A DNA stretch of 64,000 bases from a bacterium (GTDB lineage Bacteria; UBA8248): contig CBDATS010000005.1 of the NCBI GenBank assembly GCA_965200245.1, positions 384,001 to 448,000 of the forward strand. The letters run 5' to 3'. Shown piece by piece: positions 20,888 through 30,364 of the stretch. A model generated the notes under the pieces. That model was not told the origin of the DNA, did not search any database, and saw only the letters and a program-made list of their open reading frames with translations. How positions within the stretch are numbered: the first letter of the stretch is position 1; each line of letters starts with the position of its first letter. Both the position numbers and the translations under genes were made by a program.

Positions 20888-21110
20888 GAGGGGATGGCAG
20901 AAGCCGAGTGGTTTGTGCGAGTGCAGATACGCGGGGGGAATTCCAACGAAAAGGAGAAACTCCTCCGAGTGAGGAGTCAGGCATTTCGAGCCGATATATT
21001 CCGGATCCGCAGCAATCGTTCCTCTATCAGTCGCGATTGACCCGCTGTCGGCGTGGTTACGGGCTTCGCCCTTGTCTTGCCGCCGGTCTTCCCAAGGAGA
21101 CAAGGCCGGG
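20850..21110. repeat. Degenerate multi-hairpin REP/MITE-like element at the island border
   Basis: Stems TCCCT-TGAG-AGGGA, ACTCCTC-CGAGT-GAGGAGT and CCTTGTCT...AGACAAGG, starting where the R-M gene breaks. Confidence 0.35.
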
Positions 21111-21193
21111 AGCAATTTGCGATCCGTAAGGGATTTAAAGGGCAGTTGCCAACCACCCGCCGTTATCCGAGAGAAAAAACCGATACTCCCGTG

Positions 21194-24100
21194 TTATTCA
21201 CACCCTCTTCCCGAGGGTTCGTTTCTGATCCGGCTCCTCACCTCACCAAGCGGGCCGCTGTCGACCGCCAGACCGTCGCGGTAGAGGATGACGTCGCGTG
21301 ACCTGGGCGAAATTCTTGCTCCCGGTACGATGATACCCATCAAATTCATCGGGTCGCTCGCATGAACGATGGTGGGCTTGCCTCGCGCCGGAACCTTGCG
21401 AACGGCGCGCAGGGCCTCGACCGCCTCAGGCAGGGCGAACTGCTCTCCCATGAAACCCGAAACGAAGCGTCCGCCGCGAATCTCGCCTTTGGCTTCCAAG
21501 CGTCTGAAGACCTGAACCAGTTCGCGCCAGCGCAGGGCGGTGGCCTCGCGCAAGGTCAACTCGCGCAGCACAACACCGTAGCGCTTGAGCAACTGCCGCG
21601 CATGCACCTCTCGCCTGACCTCAAGGTCGATCGGAGCGTCCGCGTTTCCCAAAATCGACCAGCGGCCCGCGGGAATGAAGCGTTTTTTCGCCTCGCGCGA
21701 TATGGCCCGCCCTCCCGGCAGAGCGCGCAATCTGCGTTCCCCCTTTTTCTTCTCGTTCGTACTCACGATGAGTGCCCGCAGGCCCGCAACGCCGTCGCCC
21801 GTCACGAGGCCGCGCGCAACGAGTTCCCAAAGTGCCGCTTCTGCCTCGGTCCTGAGCATGCCTGTCGCCGCTGTGATGTCGGCGAGAAAGTAAGCTCCCC
21901 TGTCTTTCAGAAAATCGAGTATTTCACACGCTGCGCGGGAGAGACTCCCTCTCCAGGCATCCTCGGCCTCCCTGGGCTTCAGGAACAGCCCCATGTCTTC
22001 CCGCATCAGGAAAGCCAGCAGCGCGCGACGTGTGGGCTGCGCGCCCCGGGACGTTCTGACGCGTTTCCCGTTCACCGGAGTTTCAATCGACTCCGGGGGA
22101 GTTCCGGGGCACAGGCGTCCCCAGGCTACCAGACCAGAGAGACAAAGCGCTTCCAGGTCGGCGGGATCGTAATTCTTGATGCGTGCAGGCAAAACCTGCT
22201 CCTCCCAGGCGGGGGCGGAAAGTTCCAGCCCCTGAAGCTGGTGAATCACCTGAAGCACGCCGTCGCGTCCGTGAAGCATGGCGTCTTCGTGCACGTGCTG
22301 CCATCTCAGCAGAAAACGCATGAAATCCGCTGCCGTCACGGGCTCGATCTCGCGCCTCAGCTTACCCAGCGTCATGCGGTGGATGCGGGACAGCAACACG
22401 CGGTCGCACCACTCGATTTCCGCCTTGGAATCGAGACGCGCGAAACGACCCCGAAGAACCGATCCCTCTCCCTCCAAAGCAGCGAGAGCGATTTCGACGT
22501 CCGATTGTGCAAGGCCAATGCGCGAGGCGAGATCATTCGCCGTTACGGAACCCGACACTTCCATCCAGCCTCTGACGATGGCTAGGACCGCTTCATCCTG
22601 CGCAGGCGACCGCGCTGTATCCCCCTGAATGGGAATCGTCTCGGGATGAAGCGTGATGTACGGAATCGCCGCGCGGGCGAATGTCATTTTCTCCGCCGGC
22701 ACCCAGCCTTCCCGCTCGACGCTGCCCACTTGCCACACTGCCTTCGCCACGCGGTTTGCGGCAAACAGTTCATCGACCCAGGCGGACCACTCGACCGCCT
22801 CCTCCAAAGGCAATACGCACAGCGAGAGCAGCGCAGCGTGCAGTTCATCCGCGTTTTGCGGCGCAAGACGAACCTGATCGCACACTTCCCCGATCACGTC
22901 CGTATCGAGCCGGGCACTCTCGACGTCATCGGGCAGGGTACGCCTTAGCGGCACGGCGCGCGACCGGCGTTCTTCCAGCGGGGCATCGTCGATAAAGGCG
23001 TAGGGGTTCGCATTGAGAATCTCGTGCGACATGGGCGAAGGCACGGGGGTCTCGACACCAATGGTCTTGATTTTCCCGCTCTCCACATCGGCAATGAGCG
23101 TCCTCAGGCTCTCGATGTCCATCGCCTCGTTCAGGCAGTTCTCTACCGTCTCGTTCACGAGCGGATGGTCCGGGGGTTCGATGGGGCCGTGGTGGTTGTC
23201 CTGGCAGGCGAGTTGGGCCGGGAACACAGCGGCGAGCAAATCCTCGGCTCTCATACGCTGAATCGCGATGGGCACCTTCTTGCCCCCGCTGTGCCTGGGG
23301 AGCGCAAGTGCGCGCGTGGCGTTCCAGCGCCAGCGGTTGGTGAACATGGGCGATTGAAGGGCGGACTGGAGCATGTCCTTTCTGAGCGATGCAAGGCGCG
23401 CGAAGCCGAAGATCGATTCGAGCGGAAAGCTGTGCTGTGAGGAAAGCGAGAGCACGATGCCGTCGTCCGTCGCGGCGGCCTGGAGTTCGAAATCGAATGT
23501 GAGGCAAAAGCGTTTTCTCAGTGTGTGGCCCCACGCGCGGTTGATGCGGCCCCCGAAGGGCGAGTGAATCACAAGCTGCATACCGCCTGCCTCGTCGAAG
23601 AACCGCTCCGCCACGATTTCCTCTTGCGTGGGTACGCGTCCCAGCACCCGAACGGTCTCGCGCACGTAGTCGACAAGCTGCGATGCGCCGGCGGGGCAGA
23701 GCCCGCATTCGGCGCGCATCCAGCGAATCGCTTCACCCGGCGCGTCAAGTCGTTCCGCCAGTTCGACCCTGAGCGCAGAGACGGCTTCTGACAGTTCCGC
23801 CGTGCGCGATGGCGCCTCGCCCAGCCAGAAGGGGATGTTCGGTGGAAGACCCTTGGCGTCTTCCACGCGTACCTTGTCGCGTTCCACACGCTTGACGCGC
23901 CAGGAGTGGTTTCCCAACAAGAAGATGTCGCCCGCATTCGACTCAATGGCGAAATCCTCGTTGACCTTGCCGACGAAAGTCTCCGCAGCGCCTTCCACGA
24001 CGTCGTAATCCGCCGTGTCCGGTATCGCGCCGCCAGAAGTGATGGCGCAAAGCCGTGCTCCGCGCCGTGGTCTCAACAGAGCGTTCACACGGTCTCTGTG

Positions 24101-25522
24101 CAGATAGGCGGTGCGCATGCCCCGGCTGGTCGAAATACCCTCCGAGAGCATCTCGAGCACATCCTCGAAAACGCCTCTTTCGAGTACCCCGTAAGGCTGT
24201 GTGCGCCTGACGAGCGACCAGAGCGCTTCCTCTTCCATCTCTTCCTGCGCAGCGACTTCGGCCACCATCTGCTGGGCGAGAATATCGAGCGGCGCTTCGG
24301 GGAAAACAACCCGGTCGAGCGTGCCTCCTCTCACCGAGCGTATCGCGGCTGCACTCTGGAGCAGTTCATCCCTCGTCAGGGGAAAGACGATTCCTTTGGG
24401 CACCGCGCCCTTCCAGTGACCCGAACGCCCCACGCGCTGCAAGAGTGAGGCGATCGTTCTCGGCGCACCCAAATGGCAGACCAGATCGACATGACCGATG
24501 TCGATACCAAGTTCTAGGGATGCCGTGGCGATGATGGCCGAAAGCGCACCCGATTTGAGCCTTTCTTCGGCGTCGAGCCTGGTTTTGCGCGACAAGGATC
24601 CGTGGTGCGCCGCCACGCGGTCCTCGCCCAGCTTTCTTGTGAGGCGGTGGGCGACGCGCTCTGCCAGCCGCCGCGTGTGGACAAACACGATTGTCGTGCG
24701 GTGACTTTCGATGTGGCCTGCGATTCGGTCGAACACCTCGTCCCAGTACTCGCGCGAGGCGATGGGACCGATTTCCTGATCGGCCACCTCGACAGAGAGC
24801 GACATCTCGCGTTTGTGGCCTACATCCACCACCGCACAATCGGGCATGTCGTCTTCCCCGCACCTCTCTGCGCCGATGAGCAGGCGGGCGATCTCTTCAA
24901 TCGGCTTCTGCGTAGCACTGAGCCCGATGCGCTGGAGCCGCTCCCCGCAAAGCGCGTCGAGCCGCTCCAGAGAAATCGACAGATGCGCGCCGCGCTTGTC
25001 GCCCGCGACCGCGTGAATTTCATCCACCATGACGGCGCGCGCAGTTTCCAAAACCTTGCGGCTGCGCGCTGCAGTCAAGAGGATGTAGAGCGACTCGGGC
25101 GTAGTGATAAGGATATGGGGACGCATTTTGAGCATGAGTCTGCGTTCGCGAGCCGGCGTGTCGCCAGATCGCACCGCCACACGGATTTCGGGAAGTTCCA
25201 CACCTGCTCGTTTCGCCAGTGCGCGGATTTCGCTCAATGGCTCCTGCAAGTTCTTCTGGATGTCGTTGCCGAGTGCTTTCAAGGGAGAGATATAGACGAG
25301 GCGGCAAGCGTCCTCGAGTTCGCCCGCAATTGCGTCGCGAATCAGCCCGTCGAGTGACCACAAGAAAGCGGCCAGCGTCTTGCCCGTGCCCGTAGGGGCG
25401 GCGATAAGCGTATCACGCCCGGTGGCGATCTCGGGCCAGCCCGCATCCTGGGGAGCGCTCGGCTCCGAGAATTTCTCCTTGAACCAGTGCACAATCAAGG
25501 GATGAAAAGAGTGTCCGTCCAT
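21194..25522 (-). CDS. lhr: Lhr-family ATP-dependent helicase (long form)
   Basis: APTGTGKT, SPLKAL, TTPESL, VDEIH, SAT, HHGSLS, SLELGIDIG, QRVGRSGH; C-terminal winged-helix/glycosylase-like region. Confidence 0.95.
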   Translation of the reverse strand: MDGHSFHPLIVHWFKEKFSEPSAPQDAGWPEIATGRDTLIAAPTGTGKTLAAFLWSLDGLIRDAIAGELEDACRLVYISPLKALGNDIQKNLQEPLSEIRALAKRAGVELPEIRVAVRSGDTPARERRLMLKMRPHILITTPESLYILLTAARSRKVLETARAVMVDEIHAVAGDKRGAHLSISLERLDALCGERLQRIGLSATQKPIEEIARLLIGAERCGEDDMPDCAVVDVGHKREMSLSVEVADQEIGPIASREYWDEVFDRIAGHIESHRTTIVFVHTRRLAERVAHRLTRKLGEDRVAAHHGSLSRKTRLDAEERLKSGALSAIIATASLELGIDIGHVDLVCHLGAPRTIASLLQRVGRSGHWKGAVPKGIVFPLTRDELLQSAAAIRSVRGGTLDRVVFPEAPLDILAQQMVAEVAAQEEMEEEALWSLVRRTQPYGVLERGVFEDVLEMLSEGISTSRGMRTAYLHRDRVNALLRPRRGARLCAITSGGAIPDTADYDVVEGAAETFVGKVNEDFAIESNAGDIFLLGNHSWRVKRVERDKVRVEDAKGLPPNIPFWLGEAPSRTAELSEAVSALRVELAERLDAPGEAIRWMRAECGLCPAGASQLVDYVRETVRVLGRVPTQEEIVAERFFDEAGGMQLVIHSPFGGRINRAWGHTLRKRFCLTFDFELQAAATDDGIVLSLSSQHSFPLESIFGFARLASLRKDMLQSALQSPMFTNRWRWNATRALALPRHSGGKKVPIAIQRMRAEDLLAAVFPAQLACQDNHHGPIEPPDHPLVNETVENCLNEAMDIESLRTLIADVESGKIKTIGVETPVPSPMSHEILNANPYAFIDDAPLEERRSRAVPLRRTLPDDVESARLDTDVIGEVCDQVRLAPQNADELHAALLSLCVLPLEEAVEWSAWVDELFAANRVAKAVWQVGSVEREGWVPAEKMTFARAAIPYITLHPETIPIQGDTARSPAQDEAVLAIVRGWMEVSGSVTANDLASRIGLAQSDVEIALAALEGEGSVLRGRFARLDSKAEIEWCDRVLLSRIHRMTLGKLRREIEPVTAADFMRFLLRWQHVHEDAMLHGRDGVLQVIHQLQGLELSAPAWEEQVLPARIKNYDPADLEALCLSGLVAWGRLCPGTPPESIETPVNGKRVRTSRGAQPTRRALLAFLMREDMGLFLKPREAEDAWRGSLSRAACEILDFLKDRGAYFLADITAATGMLRTEAEAALWELVARGLVTGDGVAGLRALIVSTNEKKKGERRLRALPGGRAISREAKKRFIPAGRWSILGNADAPIDLEVRREVHARQLLKRYGVVLRELTLREATALRWRELVQVFRRLEAKGEIRGGRFVSGFMGEQFALPEAVEALRAVRKVPARGKPTIVHASDPMNLMGIIVPGARISPRSRDVILYRDGLAVDSGPLGEVRSRIRNEPSGRGCE

Positions 25523-25603
25523 AGCGGGGATATTCTACCCCAAACGCGGCGGGATGGAAGGTGGTCCGCCAGGATATGTTTTCATTCTGTCGGTAATGAT
25601 TCC

Positions 25604-25632
25604 GCAGGGGCGGATTGCGTATCCGCCCCTGC
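25604..25632. repeat. REP-like palindrome between the patatin and lhr genes
   Basis: GCAGGGGCGGAT-TGCGT-ATCCGCCCCTGC, perfect 12-bp stem. Confidence 0.65.
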
Positions 25633-25649
25633 AATGTCAAGACCAAACC

Positions 25650-26576
25650 CTACCCGGAGCGTGAATTCCGGAAAAAATCGCGCACTTGCACTTCGGCAAC
25701 CTCGAAAGATTCGCGTCCAAGCTGGAATATGGCTCTGAGCTTGCGCGGGTCGTGCTCCATGAAGTCCGTCTGATAGGCAGGGTCTGCGAACGAGTGGTTG
25801 ATGCGCAGGGTCTCCACGTCCGGGAAGAACAATTCACGCAGCGCATCGACGGTGTTCGAACTCGTTCTCGAGAGCGTCATGTAGGTTCTGAGCGGCCTGA
25901 TTCCTGCGATGACCCGTCGCGCCAGGCCCCTTGACTCCGGATAATTCCCCGTCCCGACACTCAATATCCGTATGTCCTCGCATGCTACGCCGAAGGATCC
26001 TGTGGCGTCTGCAATGGCGAAAAGAATAGGGTTGTTTGCCGCGAATGCACCGTCCAGAGCGGTGCGCTCCCCGTGATTGGCCAGGTCGATGTGCTGTAGT
26101 TTCAGGAACGGGTGTGCGGCGCAAGACGCCATGATAGCGTCCGATATCTTGAGCCCCTTGCCCGGCAGAAAACTGTCCGCGCCGTCCTGTACAAAGTCCC
26201 GCTTGAACACCATGGGACGATCTTGTTCCGCGTGAGTGCTGAGGATACCGACATCTACCTGGAAATCCTCAAAGGTTTTCTCGCCGTAAACCGCTTGCGC
26301 GTGCCGCTTGAGAGCGTTCGTTTTGCTGCGCGCGAGCAAGGGCCCCAGCACGTCGGGTGCGAGTTCGAAATAACGTGCCGCAATCGTCGGGTCGACCGGG
26401 TCACCAAGCGCTATCATCGAGGCAATGATGGAGCCCGTGCTGACGCCGTAGACGAGGTCGAACGCCTCGTACAATGGACGTCCCAGCGTGCGTTCCACTC
26501 CGGACAGCACGCCCAGGGTGTAGACCCCGAGCGTCCCCCCGCCATCGAGCGAGAGAATGAAGAAGGGCTTGTTCAT
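25650..26576 (-). CDS. Patatin-like phospholipase
   Basis: LSLDGGG oxyanion loop, GVSTG nucleophile, ASCAA.P, DGAFAANNP. Confidence 0.9.
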   Translation of the reverse strand: MNKPFFILSLDGGGTLGVYTLGVLSGVERTLGRPLYEAFDLVYGVSTGSIIASMIALGDPVDPTIAARYFELAPDVLGPLLARSKTNALKRHAQAVYGEKTFEDFQVDVGILSTHAEQDRPMVFKRDFVQDGADSFLPGKGLKISDAIMASCAAHPFLKLQHIDLANHGERTALDGAFAANNPILFAIADATGSFGVACEDIRILSVGTGNYPESRGLARRVIAGIRPLRTYMTLSRTSSNTVDALRELFFPDVETLRINHSFADPAYQTDFMEHDPRKLRAIFQLGRESFEVAEVQVRDFFRNSRSG

Positions 26577-26666
26577 CGCCAGTCTTTCCGTGGGGTGGAG
26601 TGCGGATTTCGTCCTGCGAATTCTTGTGGGCGATTCAAGGATGCGCCGATGATTCGTCCGTTCCGG

Positions 26667-28373
26667 TTAATCCATTCGCACATAATCGTGCGCACGGAAG
26701 GCCACGCCAAGTTCTTCGGTCGCCACCTTCTCGCACGCCTCGATGTCGATGAGACCGCTCATGTTGACGGCTGTCACTTCTACCTCTGGAATGTAGTTCT
26801 TCGACCAGCGCACGAATTCCTTGAGCAGTGGATAGGGGTTTTCCACGCCCTTGGTCTTGCAGACCTTGGCATAGGCTTCGGGGCTTTCCGCCTGCATGCT
26901 GATGGATATGGCGTCTACGAGGCCACTAAGTTCGGGCAGGATGTTCCTCTCGTGCGTCTCGTTCGCAAGCCCGTTCGTCACCAGGCGGATGCGCTTCGCG
27001 CCGCGACGCTTGAGTTCGCCCGCCACTTCCTTCACCACGTCGAGCCTGAGCGTGGGCTCGCCGAAACCGCTGAATACGACCTCCTCGAAGCGGGTCGGGT
27101 CGCCGACTGCGACGATCAACTCACCCGCGTCGGGCTCTTCTGTCAGGGAAAGATTGTTCCCCTTGTAAACGCAGTCACTCAGCAACCCGCAGAAAAAACA
27201 CGAATTCTGGCAATCATTCGTCACGTTGAGGTAGAGCGTATCGCCTATCGAGTAAGCGACGCTACCCTCCCTGGGCTCAGGTCCCACTCCAAAGAGACGT
27301 CGTACGTTCTCCGTGGTAAGACGCGTCACCTCCTCGGTAGACATCTCGTGGAGTTCGGCCAGAATTTCCGCCACGCGCGCGACGTAGGCCGGCTCGTTCC
27401 GCTTGCCCCGGTGGGGCGACGGGGCGAGATATGGGCTGTCCGTCTCGAGCAACACGCGCTCGATCGGGATGCCCCTGAAAACTTCTCTCAGTTCATCGGA
27501 ACGCGAGAAGGTGATGGCCCCGCCCGCCCCGAGATGAAAGTCGATGTCCAGGAACTTCCGGGCCTGCTCGCCGTCGCCCGTGAAGCAATGGACGACGCCG
27601 CCCACGCGCCACGCCTTTTCTTCATCCAGAATCTCATAGACATCGTCTGCCGCGTCGCGGCAGTGGACGATGATGGGCTTGCGCGTCTCAACGGCCAGCC
27701 GGATTTGCTCCCGAAACCACCTGCGTTGGACCTTGCGCGGCGCATTGTCGCGGTAGTAATCGAGACCAATCTCGCCAATCGCCACCGCCTTGGGATGTTC
27801 CGCGAGCCTGGCTATCTCCCTGATGGTTCGCTCGTTCACCCCCTTGACATCGCTCGGATGTACGCCGAGTGCCGCGTATACACCCGTGTAAGACGCTGCG
27901 AGGTCCAAGGTGCGACGACTCGATTCGAGACAGGTGCCCATTGAAATGACGTAGTGCACCCCCTCCTCGATAGCACGCTCCACCACCCCCGGGCGGTCCG
28001 GGTCGAACGCCTTGTCAATGAGATGGGCGTGGGTGTCCACCAGTACGGGCAGGCCGTTCGTGTCGGGGAGTTCGGCGATGATAATCTGGGGCTGTTTTTT
28101 CTTCTTCCGCTCGTTCCGCCAGCGATTCCTGCCCTTGCGCCGGTAATCGGGACCCGACGAGCTGCCGTTTTGAGGCCGCGCAGCCGAAACTTCCTCTCTA
28201 TGCGCTCTTGCGGCGGTTTCCGTTTTTCCCGACAGGTTCAGACGTACTGTGTGTTCTCCGCGCTTCCCGCCCCTTCGGCCTCGCCTTCTTCTGCGTCGAC
28301 TGGAGCTTCCTTTTCTCTTCGGGCCTGACTTGTCGCCAGGCGCATCCGGCCCTGATTCGAATGATTCATTCAC
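26667..28373 (-). CDS. tatD: TatD-family nuclease fused to a TatD-associated radical SAM domain, with an Arg-rich N-terminal extension
   Basis: DTHAH, GVHP, GEIGLDY, HCR, HCF, ETDSPY, RNEP; C-terminal CQNSCFFC and VVFSGFGEPT. GTG start at 28373 is inferred. Confidence 0.9.
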   Translation of the reverse strand: MNESFESGPDAPGDKSGPKRKGSSSRRRRRRGRRGGKRGEHTVRLNLSGKTETAARAHREEVSAARPQNGSSSGPDYRRKGRNRWRNERKKKKQPQIIIAELPDTNGLPVLVDTHAHLIDKAFDPDRPGVVERAIEEGVHYVISMGTCLESSRRTLDLAASYTGVYAALGVHPSDVKGVNERTIREIARLAEHPKAVAIGEIGLDYYRDNAPRKVQRRWFREQIRLAVETRKPIIVHCRDAADDVYEILDEEKAWRVGGVVHCFTGDGEQARKFLDIDFHLGAGGAITFSRSDELREVFRGIPIERVLLETDSPYLAPSPHRGKRNEPAYVARVAEILAELHEMSTEEVTRLTTENVRRLFGVGPEPREGSVAYSIGDTLYLNVTNDCQNSCFFCGLLSDCVYKGNNLSLTEEPDAGELIVAVGDPTRFEEVVFSGFGEPTLRLDVVKEVAGELKRRGAKRIRLVTNGLANETHERNILPELSGLVDAISISMQAESPEAYAKVCKTKGVENPYPLLKEFVRWSKNYIPEVEVTAVNMSGLIDIEACEKVATEELGVAFRAHDYVRMD

Positions 28374-28411
28374 TCCACAAACTCCAATCCTCCTGTGAGG
28401 GGCGTATCGTC

Positions 28412-30364
28412 CTATCGAATCGGCGCGCCCGGTGCCACCGTCTCCTCCACACACGCGAGCAAGACGTTCCCGCCATCTTCCGCGGCAAGGACCATGCCCT
28501 GGGATTCCACACCCATGAGTCTGGCGGGCTCCAGGTTGGCCACGAGGATCACCTTGCGATCCACCAAATCCCCGGGCGCGTAATATTTCGCCAGTCCCGC
28601 CACGACGGTCCGGGTTTCCTCGCCCAGGGAAACAGTGAGTTTGAGCAGGCTCTTCGACTTGGGGATACGCTCGGCTTCCAGGACCTGCGCGGCGCGCAAA
28701 TCCATTTTCTGGAATTCTTCGATGGATATTCGATCTTTCGCGTCTTCCTGGGCCGTGGCCTCCTCACCGCCTGCGATACGCCTGGCCACCTTTGCCTGGA
28801 TGGCCACTTTCGTCTCATCTTCGATACGCGGAAAAAGGGGCGAACCGAGGTTGGTGTCAAGCACCTCCGGCAGTCCGGTCATGTTCATCAACTCCGAATA
28901 GAGCGCACTCGTCCAGTCTTCTGCCAAGCCGATTTGCGCCGCTATCCTCCCCGCCGTGGAAGGCATGACGGGCGATATCATGGCCGCGACGACGCGAATC
29001 GCCGCCACAGCGTGCCACAGCACCGAACACAGACGGGCCTCTTCACCTTCTCTGGCAAGCGCCCAGGGAGCGTTCGAGTCGATGTATTTATTCGCGTAGG
29101 AAATTACCTCCCAGGCAGCGCGCAAGCCATGCTGGAAATGCGTCGCCGACATGCCGTTTTCATATCGCGCAGCTGCCTCGGTGACGAAATCGCAAAACGC
29201 GCTCTCCGCGCCGGTATCGCCTGAGGGTGCGCGCTCCAGCTTGCCCTCCCTGTAACGTTTCACCATATTGAGGGTGCGGTAGAGGAGGTTTCCCAGATCG
29301 TTCGCCAGATCACTGTTGATGCGATCGATCAGCGCGCTGTGGGAGAAATCCCCGTCCAGTCCGAAGGGGATCTCCTTGAGCAGGAAATAGCGGATGGCGT
29401 CGACCCCGTATTCCTCGATTAGCCAGTGCGGGTCGACCGCGTTACCCAGGCTCTTGGACATCTTCTGGCCCTCGACCGTCCACCACCCGTGGCTGAAGAC
29501 CTGCCCCGGAAGGGGAACTGCGGCGGAGAGCAGGAAAGCAGGCCAGTAAACCGCGTGGAACCTCAGGATGTCCTTACCGATGAAATGTTGATCCGTCGGC
29601 CAGGCGCTTCCCTCGCGAATACCGTCTTCATCGAAGCCCGGGGCGGTCAGATAGTTGCTCAGCGCGTCGAACCAAACGTAGATCACGTGTTTCTCATCCC
29701 CCGGCACGGGGATTCCCCACTGAAAGCTCGTGCGCGAGAGGGAAAGGTCCTTGAGTCCTCCTCGCACGAAGCTCATCACCTCGTTTCTGCGGCTCTCGGG
29801 CTGAACGAACTGTGGGTTTTTTTCATAGTGATCGAGGAGCGGCTTGGCGTATTTGCTCAGGCGAAAGAAATAGCTCGGCTCCTCCACCCACTCCACTTCC
29901 GCGCCCGTGGGAGCGAGTTTCTTGCCGCCGGGACCCTCGGAGAGTTCACTCTCGGTGTAGAAGGCCTCGTCCCGAACCGCGTACCAACCTGCGTAAACGC
30001 CCAGATAGATGTCGCCCGCCGCCTCCACGCGCCTCCAGAGTTCCTGCACGCCGCGAATATGGCGCTCTTCGGTCGTACGGATGTAGTCGTCGTAGGAGAT
30101 TTCGAGCTTCTCCCAGAGTTCGCGGAACTTCGCGCTGTTCATGTCACAAAACGCGAGAGGATCCATGCCGGCCTCACGGGCCGCTCGCTGGAGTTTCTGG
30201 CCGTGCTCGTCGGTTCCGGTAAGGAAATGCGCCGGCTCGCCGCGCAGCCTGTGGAAGCGTGCCTTGGCGTCGCAAGCCACCGTTGTGTAGGCGTGGCCCA
30301 AGTGCGGCTTGTCGTTTACGTAATATATCGGCGTGGAAACATAGAATGGCTTTTTGCTCATCAA
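28412..30364 (-). CDS. metG: Methionine--tRNA ligase with C-terminal tRNA-binding domain
   Basis: PIYYVN.PHLGH (HIGH), GTDEHG, KMSKS, C-terminal OB/Trbp111 domain. Confidence 0.97.
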   Translation of the reverse strand: MMSKKPFYVSTPIYYVNDKPHLGHAYTTVACDAKARFHRLRGEPAHFLTGTDEHGQKLQRAAREAGMDPLAFCDMNSAKFRELWEKLEISYDDYIRTTEERHIRGVQELWRRVEAAGDIYLGVYAGWYAVRDEAFYTESELSEGPGGKKLAPTGAEVEWVEEPSYFFRLSKYAKPLLDHYEKNPQFVQPESRRNEVMSFVRGGLKDLSLSRTSFQWGIPVPGDEKHVIYVWFDALSNYLTAPGFDEDGIREGSAWPTDQHFIGKDILRFHAVYWPAFLLSAAVPLPGQVFSHGWWTVEGQKMSKSLGNAVDPHWLIEEYGVDAIRYFLLKEIPFGLDGDFSHSALIDRINSDLANDLGNLLYRTLNMVKRYREGKLERAPSGDTGAESAFCDFVTEAAARYENGMSATHFQHGLRAAWEVISYANKYIDSNAPWALAREGEEARLCSVLWHAVAAIRVVAAMISPVMPSTAGRIAAQIGLAEDWTSALYSELMNMTGLPEVLDTNLGSPLFPRIEDETKVAIQAKVARRIAGGEEATAQEDAKDRISIEEFQKMDLRAAQVLEAERIPKSKSLLKLTVSLGEETRTVVAGLAKYYAPGDLVDRKVILVANLEPARLMGVESQGMVLAAEDGGNVLLACVEETVAPGAPIR

